Assembly (NCBI GenBank): GCA_027858855.1
Contig: JAQIBV010000030.1
Span: 44,644-108,643, forward strand
From: Spirochaetota bacterium
GTDB taxonomy: Bacteria > Spirochaetota > UBA4802 > JAFGJZ01
Length of the DNA: 64,000 bases
Direction of reading: 5' to 3'
The notes under the pieces are model-generated. The model did not search any database. It worked only from the letters and a program-made list of their open reading frames with translations, and was not told the origin of the DNA. How positions within the stretch are numbered: position 1 is the stretch's first letter; every line of letters begins with the position of its first letter. Shown one piece after another: positions 38,501-47,526 of this stretch. The translations under genes and the position numbers were made by a program.

Positions 38501-39864
38501 ATCAAATCGTACTGGGTGCCTCTAATGGTGTTCAATTAGAAGCCGCCACATCTTACACTTATGCGGCCAACAGTAGTAGTGGCAGTAGCTACTACGCGCG
38601 GATTTCTGTTTCCGATGCTGCTGGAAACTGGAGTAGCTATGGTTCGGCCTCTGATGGCATAACTCTTGCCGGTTCCATAACAGCTCAACTTGTTGATAAC
38701 TCAGGAAATAGTGTGTCTGGTGCAACAATTACTCTTCGTGCTGCAGATGGCACGACTGTTCTTGGTTCCGAGATAAGTGATGGAGGTGGAGAGTTTATTT
38801 TTGATAATGTTCCGGTAACACAGGCCTCATATTCAATGCTGGTTGACGCAGCCGGATACAGTAGTGCTGTAAAAAACAACATATCTGTTAATACCGGTGC
38901 CGTTTCGAATCAGGGAATAATTAACCTGGTATCTAACACTGCATCATCCGGTGTTATTTCGGGATGCGTCATCGATGCAAACGACGGTAAAGAGATCGCA
39001 GGGGCACTTATCACTGTAACCGGTTGGGATGGAACAGTCAGGGATAGCAGGGTTTCTGATGAAAATGGAAATTTTACAACAGATCTGCTTATTCCGGGAA
39101 CCTATTCGGTTAACGTAACAAACGGTGAGTATTATGATCTTTCGGTTGATAATCGTTCGATAGACGGAGATCTGGCACTTGGTGATCTGGCGATATGTGA
39201 AGAGCTTGCTCCCTATCAGTTGAGGGTAGTGCTTCTATGGGGGCTTAATCCAAAAGACCTCGACCTTCATCTTGTAGGTCCGACTGCTGGTACTGATGAG
39301 CGGTTTCATATTTATTGGAGTCGGAAGTCATACGATGAAAACAGCAAAAATTATGTAAGCGGAGCCGATCCTGCCGGTGAAAGATCTACGGCAAGTCTGG
39401 TACAGGACGAGACTAACTCTTATGGTCCGGAAGCGATAAATATATTTGACGGTTACGAGTATGGTATCTTCACCTACACTGTGCATAACTGGAGTGGGAC
39501 AGACTGGTATGCCAGTAATCTTGTCATACGTGTGTATGACAGCCAGGGACTGTATCAGGAGATTCCGTTTCCAACCGGAGCACCTAATGAGTGGTACTGG
39601 AAGATCTTCCAGATTAAAATAGAGGGTGAAAACCGGGCAGACAGAGAGATCTGGATAGAAAATGGATTCGCCTCACTGAATTATGGGAACAGTACTTCTA
39701 TGGACTGGAGCGCGACAGGAGGAGGCCTTGCGGGATTCATTATCCGGGTTGCTACAGGTAACAGGACTGTTATACTGTTGTTGCTTGGACTCTTTGCCGC
39801 TACCTTTGCTGTGCTGGTTCACTATAACCGGTACCGTATTGGTAGGGCAAAATCTGCTGAATAG
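35575..39864 (+). CDS. Giant acidic surface lipoprotein: Ig-like repeats, TSP3-like Ca motif, carboxypeptidase-regulatory-like domains, YfaP-like domain, C-terminal transmembrane helix
   Basis: AVAVSC lipobox; DNDGDGISNGDE..GTDP; eight ~90-aa repeats (YxY..W...GxDxAGN.Q...W.VDxTxP); LLWGLNPKDLDLH; hydrophobic tail followed by basic residues. Confidence 0.85.
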   Translation: MKILFKILLALLITGSLLAVAVSCSSGGGSGAKEVVEEESPKEPPSDDGTPSGDTVAPNVVSIEPVNAASVRFTFNEKITEASAEKAANYAISSDSTSHTIKVVDVKDKNVTVTVSPLLRSGITYTGLAKNIEDLSGNSMKAQSKTFSGVSSAVSSPAVSADPDMDPDGDNDGDGISNGDELDLGTDPDNPDSDGDGVDDALDPEPAGTEVSLTLSTLPQNPTNNVSATIAVDGVNAVKYRYALNSDTLGAEQNISDSIELSALADGEQTLKVIGMNQLGDWQSISDAVTFQWVVDTIAPVAELTNTPNAITNQNSIDIDVRGQSGDTIVAYKYVLDEFESDVVAADSDISWTEFNDGDHILKVVAVDRAGNWQSMGSASQISWNIDTTMPVAAISGINDSVATNDTEEYAAISDVVSYKYRFNGSSWSAETDSTVAIELTSLIEGEQSLEVIGKNEAGTWQPDTNPTVINWTVDLTPPAIRFVVEPEEYTNSTKPVITVQAGEGVTDLARYKYRIDGGEWSSPVQAVEAVTFSDDLAEGLRTVSVKGIDGTGNEQPDTAAISTSFTVDITPPVVDFEPVASLPGAVTNSQNEEVYISSDDIVSYRYKLNDGSWSEQLDPSVPVLLDSSELTERSHLLSIVGKDRAGNEQSQLSATTYGWVVDITSPASVEVTNLPSLNTSSGSVDAVVSDNDGDVVSYWYRIGSADWTPATIGTPISYNSLAEGDYTLYVKALDEAGNVSDVQFEYLWTVDRTAPTAVIAAGPQPSTPTNDTGLYVLVGGDDVIAYQYSLDGAAWSSERDISSPITAADLVEKEYILKIKGKDIAGNWQEEISATQLLWSVDLTPPSAAVISGLPAAFTNNENHTLGVGGDDVFEYRYQVNGSALSDFIPVSEDIVLTDLLDDVYQISVIGYDQAGNQQGVATSASFTVDTIAPAAVAVTDAGQYSGTTALEFGWTIPSEIEDIRIQVATDSEFNQIVLGASNGVQLEAATSYTYAANSSSGSSYYARISVSDAAGNWSSYGSASDGITLAGSITAQLVDNSGNSVSGATITLRAADGTTVLGSEISDGGGEFIFDNVPVTQASYSMLVDAAGYSSAVKNNISVNTGAVSNQGIINLVSNTASSGVISGCVIDANDGKEIAGALITVTGWDGTVRDSRVSDENGNFTTDLLIPGTYSVNVTNGEYYDLSVDNRSIDGDLALGDLAICEELAPYQLRVVLLWGLNPKDLDLHLVGPTAGTDERFHIYWSRKSYDENSKNYVSGADPAGERSTASLVQDETNSYGPEAINIFDGYEYGIFTYTVHNWSGTDWYASNLVIRVYDSQGLYQEIPFPTGAPNEWYWKIFQIKIEGENRADREIWIENGFASLNYGNSTSMDWSATGGGLAGFIIRVATGNRTVILLLLGLFAATFAVLVHYNRYRIGRAKSAE

Positions 39865-39875
39865 ATCCTAAACAA

Positions 39876-39906
39876 CGGCTGAGTACTCAGTGTTTGCACT
39901 CAGCCG
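39876..39906 (+). terminator. Probable terminator hairpin
   Basis: cggctgagt...actcagccg followed by ctctctttt, 11 bp after the stop codon. Confidence 0.6.
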
Positions 39907-39919
39907 CTCTCTTTTCGTT

Positions 39920-39947
39920 TAAATAAAGGGCAGATTCATGCCGATAC
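39920..39947 (+). promoter_or_regulatory. Sigma-28 (FliA)-type promoter
   Basis: TAAA-N16-GCCGATAC, 40 bp upstream of the PrsW-fusion start. Confidence 0.6.
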
Positions 39948-39987
39948 AGGATATGGGGGCCCTCTCCTTATCCTTTTTTTTGCGAGT

Positions 39988-41985
39988 ATGATAATGTACG
40001 ATTTTGCCATATGGAAAAACATACTGATCGCGCTTTCACCGGTAATACTCTTTTACGTAATCTATTCGCGATATTCGGTGTTTTATCCCAATTATTCCAA
40101 ACAGTTGCAGGCATTTATCGCGGGTATTGTTGCAGCTCTTTTTATTATTGTTATCAAACCGTATATATTGATTTTGCTTCCATTCTCGAATCTATGGTTC
40201 AGTGCTTTTGTAAAAGCAGCCCTCCTTGAAAAGGGGCTAGTACTCCTGCTTTTAATTCTTGTGTTTAAATATTATCTGGACTTTACCTTGCTTGAAGCTT
40301 CTTTGAGTGGAATTCTTCTGGGTATCGGCTTTTCAACCTGCGAGAACATCTTTTATGCATTAAGCTACGGAACAAATACGATGATAATACGTATTATCTT
40401 TACAGTTCCTTTGCATATGACCACCTGTGGAATTGCCGGTTATTACCTCGGTGAAAGTATATATGCCGGTTCCCGCTTGTATAAATACTACTATCTTACT
40501 CTTGCCCTGATTATTCCCGTCTTTTTTCATGGAGTTTTTGACTATGTTCTTCTTCATCAGAATTACTATGTCTATTTTGCGTCACCACTTCTGCTGTTTG
40601 TTGTAATAATTCAGGAGATAGTCCTGTCTCGATCCAGAACTGTTCCGGGGCTTGTTGTTCTTGAGGCTCTGTCGATCAGTTATGAAGAGTGGAATGTGTT
40701 AAATCGTCAACCTAAGTATGACCGCTGGATGCAGAAATCGATGGGAAGAAAGCATACCCCGCGGGTAAACTTTTTTGTATGGAGTCCGGGAGGTTTTCAG
40801 GCTCTGATGATAATTGGATTCATTGTGTTATCGGTTCTCGGATCACAGTTTAAGGCCGATATCAGTGGCTATTTTTTGTTAACCGGTTGGGAAGAAAATC
40901 TGCTGCTGATTATTTTTCCGTTATCTATAGCCGGAACCATTGTCATTGTTAATGCAGTTAACCCGGAGTTTTTTAAATATAATGAGCTTAAAATTCCGAT
41001 TATCTCTAATGCTGTTATTGATGTTGATGAAGATGGTATTGGTGATAATCATGTGACCTATGACATGTCGGCGGTTAACATATTTCTGAATACCTTTGAG
41101 CCCTTAGGGGTAGGCAATCATTACACAATTGAACTGGAGGTTCCGCATCTAAGGAGTAAAACCGTAAGGGGAGTGGTTGTTTGGGAGAAGCACGTTATTG
41201 GGCACAGCCCGGCCGGCTCACTTATTCGTTTTGAAAATACTAATTCCAAATTTGTGTTTTTTATTCTGTTTCGCTATTACGTATCACGTTTTGTTAAGGG
41301 GGTGATCTTCAATTTTCACTTGCCCGGTTTTGAGAGTATAAAACGCTTTTTTATCCATCCTGTTTCAACAATGCGTGATGAAAAAATATATAATGCCGGT
41401 GAACAGATTTACAGAGAGGGTGAGGAGTCGACTCAGTTCTATTTTTTGAAAAAAGGAATAGTCGAGATATTTAAGAGTCATGAAAATGATACATCAATAT
41501 CGCTAAATATTATTACAGATGGTTCAATTTTCGGAGAGATGTCTGTTTTTGGTGGTAAGAGAAGAACTCACTCCGCGCGGGCTTTAACCGATTGTCTAAT
41601 TGCAACATCTGACAGAGAGAATCTGCATATACTGGTTAAAAACAACGCTGAGTTTACTCTAAGGCTTTTCGAATCGCTGGCAATCAGAATAACCGAAACA
41701 GAAAACTCTCTTTATAATTACATCAAAGATCTTGACGCACAGAAGCGTGAAAATATGCAGTTGTTTCACTCCCTGTCAATGATAATGATTTCAACTCTGC
41801 TTGAGAACAGGGACATTGATCCGGACCTTTTGCAACTATCGCGTTTGAAATCTATAATTAAGGCAATTAATGATGAAATAGCAGCAGAACTTGTTAAGAT
41901 ATTAACATGCAGGCATGATCGGCGTAAAGAGGTGATCGAGAGCGGCTTGAGACATATATATTCGCTTATCGAAAAGGGAAATTAG
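39988..41985 (+). CDS. PrsW-family intramembrane metalloprotease with PilZ-like and cNMP-binding domains
   Basis: AALLEK, GIGFSTCEN, R...VPLH, HGVFD (PrsW); TYDMSAVN...VRGVVVW (PilZ-like); IYREGE...FGEMS..RRTHSARA (cNMP). Confidence 0.82.
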   Translation: MIMYDFAIWKNILIALSPVILFYVIYSRYSVFYPNYSKQLQAFIAGIVAALFIIVIKPYILILLPFSNLWFSAFVKAALLEKGLVLLLLILVFKYYLDFTLLEASLSGILLGIGFSTCENIFYALSYGTNTMIIRIIFTVPLHMTTCGIAGYYLGESIYAGSRLYKYYYLTLALIIPVFFHGVFDYVLLHQNYYVYFASPLLLFVVIIQEIVLSRSRTVPGLVVLEALSISYEEWNVLNRQPKYDRWMQKSMGRKHTPRVNFFVWSPGGFQALMIIGFIVLSVLGSQFKADISGYFLLTGWEENLLLIIFPLSIAGTIVIVNAVNPEFFKYNELKIPIISNAVIDVDEDGIGDNHVTYDMSAVNIFLNTFEPLGVGNHYTIELEVPHLRSKTVRGVVVWEKHVIGHSPAGSLIRFENTNSKFVFFILFRYYVSRFVKGVIFNFHLPGFESIKRFFIHPVSTMRDEKIYNAGEQIYREGEESTQFYFLKKGIVEIFKSHENDTSISLNIITDGSIFGEMSVFGGKRRTHSARALTDCLIATSDRENLHILVKNNAEFTLRLFESLAIRITETENSLYNYIKDLDAQKRENMQLFHSLSMIMISTLLENRDIDPDLLQLSRLKSIIKAINDEIAAELVKILTCRHDRRKEVIESGLRHIYSLIEKGN

Positions 41986-42031
41986 TTGCGAAGAATATAG
42001 TGCCCGATAGTTTGACAACAGGAATGGTGAT

Positions 42032-42640
42032 ATGAAGATACTTCTGCTTGGCGATAAAGAATCTACTTATATATGGGACTATTTTGATCATGAGCGCTTT
42101 AAGGGTGTGGATTTTATTATTTCCAGTGGAGACCTGAAACGTGAATACCTCTCCTTCGTTGTTACAATGCTCAATGTTCCTCTCTATTTTGTACCGGGTA
42201 ATCACGATAAGAACTATGTAGAGCTTGAGCCTGAGGGTTGCATTAACATCGACCGAACCATTGTTGATCATGATGGTTTCCGGATAATGGGGCTTGGAGG
42301 TTCTATCTGGTACAATGATGGCGTTTATCAGTATACTGAACGTCAGATGTATCTGGACTATCTGAAACTAAAGCCGAAGATGGTTTTGGGTAAGGGGATT
42401 GACATGCTGGTGACACACGCGCCGGCTTTGGGCTTGAATGACGGTAAAGACAGGTGTCATAAGGGCTTCAAAACCTTTGTGAAAATAATTGATCGGTTTC
42501 AGCCACAGTATCATATCCATGGCCATGAGCATCTGAACTACGGACTCCACAAACGTATCCTGCAGCGCGATAACACCTTCATTATCAACTCATACGAATA
42601 TTATCTCTTTGATACAGGCAATCCGTTAAGGATGGTTTGA
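42032..42640 (+). CDS. Calcineurin-like metallophosphoesterase
   Basis: GD, SSGDL, PGNHD, VTHAP and IHGHEH motifs. Confidence 0.9.
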   Translation: MKILLLGDKESTYIWDYFDHERFKGVDFIISSGDLKREYLSFVVTMLNVPLYFVPGNHDKNYVELEPEGCINIDRTIVDHDGFRIMGLGGSIWYNDGVYQYTERQMYLDYLKLKPKMVLGKGIDMLVTHAPALGLNDGKDRCHKGFKTFVKIIDRFQPQYHIHGHEHLNYGLHKRILQRDNTFIINSYEYYLFDTGNPLRMV

Positions 42641-42657
42641 AGCGTTCCATTCATCTG

Positions 42658-43083
42658 CTATATTGCGTCACCAATAATTTTTATCAGAACCCTCTTCCTT
42701 CTTCGTCCGTCAAATTCACCATAAAAGATCTGCTCCCAGGGGCCAAAGTCCAGCCCGCCTTCAGTAATAGCTACAGTTACCGAGCGACCCATTATTTGAC
42801 GTTTCAGATGCGCATCTCCGTTGTCTTCACCGGTGTTATTGTGTTTGTACAAAGAGAGCGGTTCGTGAGGAGCCAGCTCTTCAAGCCAGCGGAAGTAATC
42901 CTGATGCAGACCGTGCTCATTGTCGTTAATAAATACCGACGCTGTAATGTGCATGGCGTTAACAAGACATAGTCCTTCGGTAATTTTACTTTCGCGAATA
43001 GCCTCTTCGACATCATGTGTAATATTGATCAGTTCGAACCTCTTTTTTGTGTTAAAAAACAGCTCTTTTCGGAATGTTTTCAT
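42658..43083 (-). CDS. yjbQ: YjbQ/UPF0047 family protein
   Basis: [23 protein letters not shown] and [16 protein letters not shown] motifs. Confidence 0.92.
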   Translation of the reverse strand: MKTFRKELFFNTKKRFELINITHDVEEAIRESKITEGLCLVNAMHITASVFINDNEHGLHQDYFRWLEELAPHEPLSLYKHNNTGEDNGDAHLKRQIMGRSVTVAITEGGLDFGPWEQIFYGEFDGRRRKRVLIKIIGDAI

Positions 43084-43092
43084 AATACACCT

Positions 43093-44076
43093 CTACAGTT
43101 TTATATTTTTAAAATAGGGAATGAACAGCTTTTTGTCAATCTCTATCAGTCTGCTTCTGATGTCAGTGAGATTCTCGAAATTGTAACTCTGTTCCTTATA
43201 AAAGTCGAATAGCCATAGATATTTATTAATCAGACGCGGCATTGTGTTGGTTCCCCGAACCCGGTCTATTGACATGGTCTGGTATGTGCGCTCCAAGTTA
43301 TAGATATCTTTGGTTATTGCATCAACAGTTTGAAACGTCAAGTGCCGTCTTACATAAAAGATATCGGTAATGTGGCCGAAAACAGGTATCCACTCTTTTA
43401 TGTCACCCCATCCTGATTTTTCTTCTATTGCGATCTCTTTTAACTGCATAATCGGCTCTGCAGAAAGCAGATCCAGTTCAATCTTTGTCGGATCAATAAA
43501 AAAGGCCTCGCGAAAAAGCAGAAGCGATTTCGGGATGTCTCGGCACTGAAAATAGGCTTCACCCAACAGGGCGAGCACTACAGGGTTTGCCGTAACTGTA
43601 CTGCGCACGTATTCGAGCGTATCGATTGTCAGGTTGTATTCGCCCAGCTTAATAAAGCAAATAGCAAGGTTGAGTATTGAATCAATATTGTCCGTCGGGT
43701 TGTCAGCATTTTGAAAGGCAAGTTTATAGTTTTCGCCGGCTGTATAGTGTATATATTTCTCAATTGCATGGAAGGGGTGAGTCAAAAGCAGGTTATTCGA
43801 GCGTGAGTACTCAAGAAAAACCTGCCACTCCTCCAGTAAAAAATCGGCTGTATCTTTTCCATCCGGTATGTCTGCTATATCAGAAATACGGTTTAACCAG
43901 AAACGGGTAATTCGGTATCCGGATTCGACACCGGGAGATTCGGGTGATTTATTAAGCAGTTCGTCAAAGATAATTAGAGCTGATTCAAAATCGCCTGTTT
44001 CGATTAAAGAACAGGCTTCGTTAAGTCCCGGAAGGAGAGGGTCATCTGAAAAATGTAGTTGTCCGTTTTCTTCCAT
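43093..44076 (-). CDS. TPR-repeat protein
   Basis: TPR-like helices NLAICFIKLGEY and LALLGEAYFQ..SLLLFREAF; tightly packed with its neighbours. Confidence 0.75.
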   Translation of the reverse strand: MEENGQLHFSDDPLLPGLNEACSLIETGDFESALIIFDELLNKSPESPGVESGYRITRFWLNRISDIADIPDGKDTADFLLEEWQVFLEYSRSNNLLLTHPFHAIEKYIHYTAGENYKLAFQNADNPTDNIDSILNLAICFIKLGEYNLTIDTLEYVRSTVTANPVVLALLGEAYFQCRDIPKSLLLFREAFFIDPTKIELDLLSAEPIMQLKEIAIEEKSGWGDIKEWIPVFGHITDIFYVRRHLTFQTVDAITKDIYNLERTYQTMSIDRVRGTNTMPRLINKYLWLFDFYKEQSYNFENLTDIRSRLIEIDKKLFIPYFKNIKL

Positions 44077-44079
44077 AAT

Positions 44080-46185
44080 TTAACTGATAGTAATCCCGTG
44101 GCCAAAAGATTCATAGGTATTCGAGTCATGGGTGATGAGTATAACCTGGCGCTTCTGAGATATCTTTTTTAATGCCGGCAGTAAAAGATCAATCCTTTTT
44201 TTATCCATAAACATTGCAGGTTCATCTGCGAAAAGTGGAATAATCGGCTTTTTTAGAGTCATGAAGTCATTTAATGAAATTATCAATGATACATTAAAGA
44301 AGTGGGCGTGAACGGGTGAAAGAGTAATAGTGCTCTCTTTATGAAGCATGGACTTAAAATCCTCTTCAGAAAGTACCTCGGCAGATCCACAGAGTGATAA
44401 AAAGTGAGCATATGCGGTTCTGCTGTATTCATCAAAAACAAGTCTCTCTTTTTCCTGAATGACAGTTTCAAAGGTCTCTGTGATAAAAGTGCAACTATTA
44501 ATCTTTTTTTGATGCTTTTCAAGTTTGTCGCTGATTGTTTCACGGCGGTTTGAAACATCACTGTTGTCGGCCTTTTCGTTATTAAACTGATCTAATTCGC
44601 TGTTAATCTGTGAAAGCAGATCAGAGAAGTGTGTACTCTTCTCTTTAATGGTATCGATCTGTCTTTGGAAGTCGGCAGCTATAGCGTCATATGAGAAGTC
44701 TGACAATGAGCTGTATTTTATGCCAGCTGTTTCGCAGTCAGACCTGAACGATCGCTCTATCTCTTTGATACAATGGGATGCCAGTTTAATTTTTTTTGAA
44801 TAAAAGTCATTGTAATCTGCTTTTGCTGACTTCTTCATGTCGCTGATTTCCGAACGCATCTCTTCAAAACTGCTATATTCCTGAAAAAATTGAAGAATAA
44901 GTTCGTAAAGTTCGGTGCTGTTGCTTTCACCGATATTTATATTGGTTTTATTCAAAAGAGTCTTCAACTGCAAGTCGTGATGAGTCTTTTGTTCATAAAG
45001 CTCTTCGGTGCAATACCTTTTCATGCGAAAAAAAAGTGCCAAAAGTCCCCAACATGCAGACGTGATAGCGGCAATAAAAAAATAGAGGGCAAGTTGAAAA
45101 CCGGGTATGCCCAGGAAAAAGAGATCTCTTTGAGTATAGAAAATTATGGAAATAATAAGAGGAACTGCACTGAGGGTGATAGTTGTCTTTTTATATTTTT
45201 GTCTGACCTGCTCACCGGTCTCGTTTTTCTTGTTAATTGAGTTTATAATATCCTGAATTGTAGTGAAAGTTGTTCTGATTTCGGGTAGGAATTTTTTCTG
45301 TTGATCGTCAAGAGCTAAAAAGAGCGGATACTGTCTCCTGATCAGGGCGACCATTTTACCTATTGACTCCTCCAATTCCTTTTCTGTTAAATAATCTTTT
45401 TCAAGAGCCTCTTTTTCGGCAACCATCTTTGAGTAATCGCATTGTTTTTGTTTCAGCGTTTTTAGTAGATCCAGTCGTGAGGTAATTGATTCAATTTCAT
45501 GTTCCAGAGCCTTATGTTCATCAAAGAGTTGCGTGTGTTCTTCTTTTATTTTTGTGAATTTAGAGATACGAAGATTTCTGATCTCAATTTCATGGTCAAC
45601 TTCTTTCAGCTCTCTCTTGATTCTGTTATAGTCATTTATCAGAGGGTTGTCGTCTGTTTTCATGTATTCAGATAGAAATGCACACTGCTGATAAAAATTA
45701 CTATTATCAGAAAAAAGCAGGGGAAGAACAGTTTTGTAATCAGGAACTGCAACTTTGCCTGAAACCGGTGAGGTAATAAAAGATGTGTTTTTAACGGTAT
45801 CGGCTGTAACCTTACTCAAAAAATGGAATAGATCTGTGTCATAATTAAAAATGGTTTCCCTGCGTTCTTCATGGCTCTCATCTTTTGAACAGGTAACTGT
45901 TTTTGAAGTTGTGAAGTTGTGGAGTTCGATACCACCCTTGTCTCTGATTATCCGGTAATCGGTGTTATTATATTTAAATGTTATGTTAAGGTGTATCTGC
46001 TGCACCTGATTATTTTTAAAAAAATCAGGTGAAAGCAGGTCAAACACTGTTTCGATAATGGCTTCAATTAGAATTGTTTTTCCACTACCACTCTCTCCAT
46101 AAAGAATGTTTACATCATCTTTAAAGTTAAGAATAAGGTTATTATAAAGCGAACCGTGGGTTGCTATGCATTGTATAAGCTGCAT
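44080..46185 (-). CDS. YhaN/SbcC-like SMC-type ATPase with a central transmembrane hairpin
   Basis: NILYGESGSGKT; long coiled coils; two hydrophobic helices mid-protein; PLFADEP; QVILITH. Confidence 0.8.
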   Translation of the reverse strand: MQLIQCIATHGSLYNNLILNFKDDVNILYGESGSGKTILIEAIIETVFDLLSPDFFKNNQVQQIHLNITFKYNNTDYRIIRDKGGIELHNFTTSKTVTCSKDESHEERRETIFNYDTDLFHFLSKVTADTVKNTSFITSPVSGKVAVPDYKTVLPLLFSDNSNFYQQCAFLSEYMKTDDNPLINDYNRIKRELKEVDHEIEIRNLRISKFTKIKEEHTQLFDEHKALEHEIESITSRLDLLKTLKQKQCDYSKMVAEKEALEKDYLTEKELEESIGKMVALIRRQYPLFLALDDQQKKFLPEIRTTFTTIQDIINSINKKNETGEQVRQKYKKTTITLSAVPLIISIIFYTQRDLFFLGIPGFQLALYFFIAAITSACWGLLALFFRMKRYCTEELYEQKTHHDLQLKTLLNKTNINIGESNSTELYELILQFFQEYSSFEEMRSEISDMKKSAKADYNDFYSKKIKLASHCIKEIERSFRSDCETAGIKYSSLSDFSYDAIAADFQRQIDTIKEKSTHFSDLLSQINSELDQFNNEKADNSDVSNRRETISDKLEKHQKKINSCTFITETFETVIQEKERLVFDEYSRTAYAHFLSLCGSAEVLSEEDFKSMLHKESTITLSPVHAHFFNVSLIISLNDFMTLKKPIIPLFADEPAMFMDKKRIDLLLPALKKISQKRQVILITHDSNTYESFGHGITIS

Positions 46186-47240
46186 ATATCCCCCTCGCTC
46201 AGGTCGTCCCTTGTGTTCATTCTGTTTAAAAGCTGGGCGAGAAACTCTTTATCCAGGTTTTCCATGCTGCCTGAATTTTTTTTATTCTCCATTTTACGGT
46301 AAAACATGCCACGGATAGAATTTTCATCTTTAAATTTGTTAATCAGTGATGAAACGGATAGGTCGTACCTGTTGATCGTTTCAAGATGGAAAAACTGATC
46401 ACGTATCTCTTCTATTGAGTGCTCTTTCCAGATATCTGGCCCTGTTAAAATTAAACGTACTATTTTGTTTTTACCGGAGAATCCTGTGCATTCGTTAAGT
46501 AGCTCTGTTTCATTTTTATGTTTCGAACAGTCAATCTGATGTTCCTGGTATTCAAGGGTATTGACACAAAATCGTGACAACTTGTCAATTTTCTCTTTGT
46601 CAATTTCGATTGAAGCAGCATAGCGGGGGCCCAGTTCAGATCGTGTTTTAGGTTCTGACGAACCGCATTGTACGCTTTTAATTCTGCCATTATGCCTGTA
46701 AATTTTAAACGGATGATTTCCGCCCAGGGCATAAAAATCAAGTTCCGGATTTTTTGAATTTTCTGAAGGTAAAAATGGCTTCTGATCGGCTGCAATTGTA
46801 AATCGAGCGTTTAAAAGCCCGATATGAATACCCTCGTCCTCAGTTTTTTTTATTACTTCGATATCCTCAAAGGAGTGAATGTCGCTACCGTATATGATAA
46901 TCGTTTCATCATTGACTGTATGTTTGACATGTGATCCATCTTGCAGAGTAACAACTCCGTTGTCTTCAAGTCTTTTGCAATATTCGAGTTCAGTCGGTGA
47001 TGGAGAGATAAAAACAGCAGTCTTCTCTTTGCTTAAAGAGTCAAAAAGAGTTGTAACCGAATCGACCAATTCCTGAGAAATTTCTGCACCTGAAAACAGG
47101 TTGCCACCTATTAGCAATATATCGTGATGTACACCGATAGAGCAAATTTTTTCAAGAGTAAGCAGGCGGTGCCGGTCTGTAACCGGCAGTTCCGGTTCAG
47201 ATCCCAGTTGCAGGTCAGAAATAAAAACTATTTTTACCAT
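46164..47240 (-). CDS. YhaO/SbcD-like metallophosphoesterase-fold protein with a degenerate active site
   Basis: FISDLQLG, LLIGGNLF, DFYALGGNH, CGSSEP...ELGPR and IVRLILTG align to SbcD/YhaO motifs with the metal ligands substituted. Confidence 0.75.
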   Translation of the reverse strand: MVKIVFISDLQLGSEPELPVTDRHRLLTLEKICSIGVHHDILLIGGNLFSGAEISQELVDSVTTLFDSLSKEKTAVFISPSPTELEYCKRLEDNGVVTLQDGSHVKHTVNDETIIIYGSDIHSFEDIEVIKKTEDEGIHIGLLNARFTIAADQKPFLPSENSKNPELDFYALGGNHPFKIYRHNGRIKSVQCGSSEPKTRSELGPRYAASIEIDKEKIDKLSRFCVNTLEYQEHQIDCSKHKNETELLNECTGFSGKNKIVRLILTGPDIWKEHSIEEIRDQFFHLETINRYDLSVSSLINKFKDENSIRGMFYRKMENKKNSGSMENLDKEFLAQLLNRMNTRDDLSEGDICSLYNA

Positions 47241-47313
47241 TCTGTACTATTTACTCCTAGGACTCTCTATTAATTATTTTTTAACTAGGTTGCCTTTGCT
47301 GGACGACCAGCAA

Positions 47314-47526
47314 AGGAACTTTCGAAAAACTCCTATAAACCAAAAAAATCGCTTACAAAGTTGAAAGATTTGCTTCTTTTCGAGCTTCGCGAGAAAAATA
47401 ATTAATAAGCTCAAATATTTGCGCTGTCTTCAAAGCGAAATATTAGAGCGTTTTTTCGAGCTTCGCGAGAAAAATAATCATTAAAACGACGTAACATTTT
47501 GAAATAGGGTGATTTTTCGAAATTCA
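47314..47526. mobile_element. MITE-like element (family A)
   Basis: aggaactttcgaaaaa ... tttttcgaaattca ends; duplicated ttttcgagcttcgcgagaaaaataat; central tatttgcgctgtcttcaaagcgaaata. Confidence 0.65.

Noticed and set aside
42032-47240. Known anti-phage system (Lamassu or Wadjet) from the SMC-like ATPase plus phosphoesterases
   Set aside because: No recognisable effector or kleisin/KITE subunits. The layout fits YhaO-YhaN, and the active phosphoesterase is on the opposite strand.
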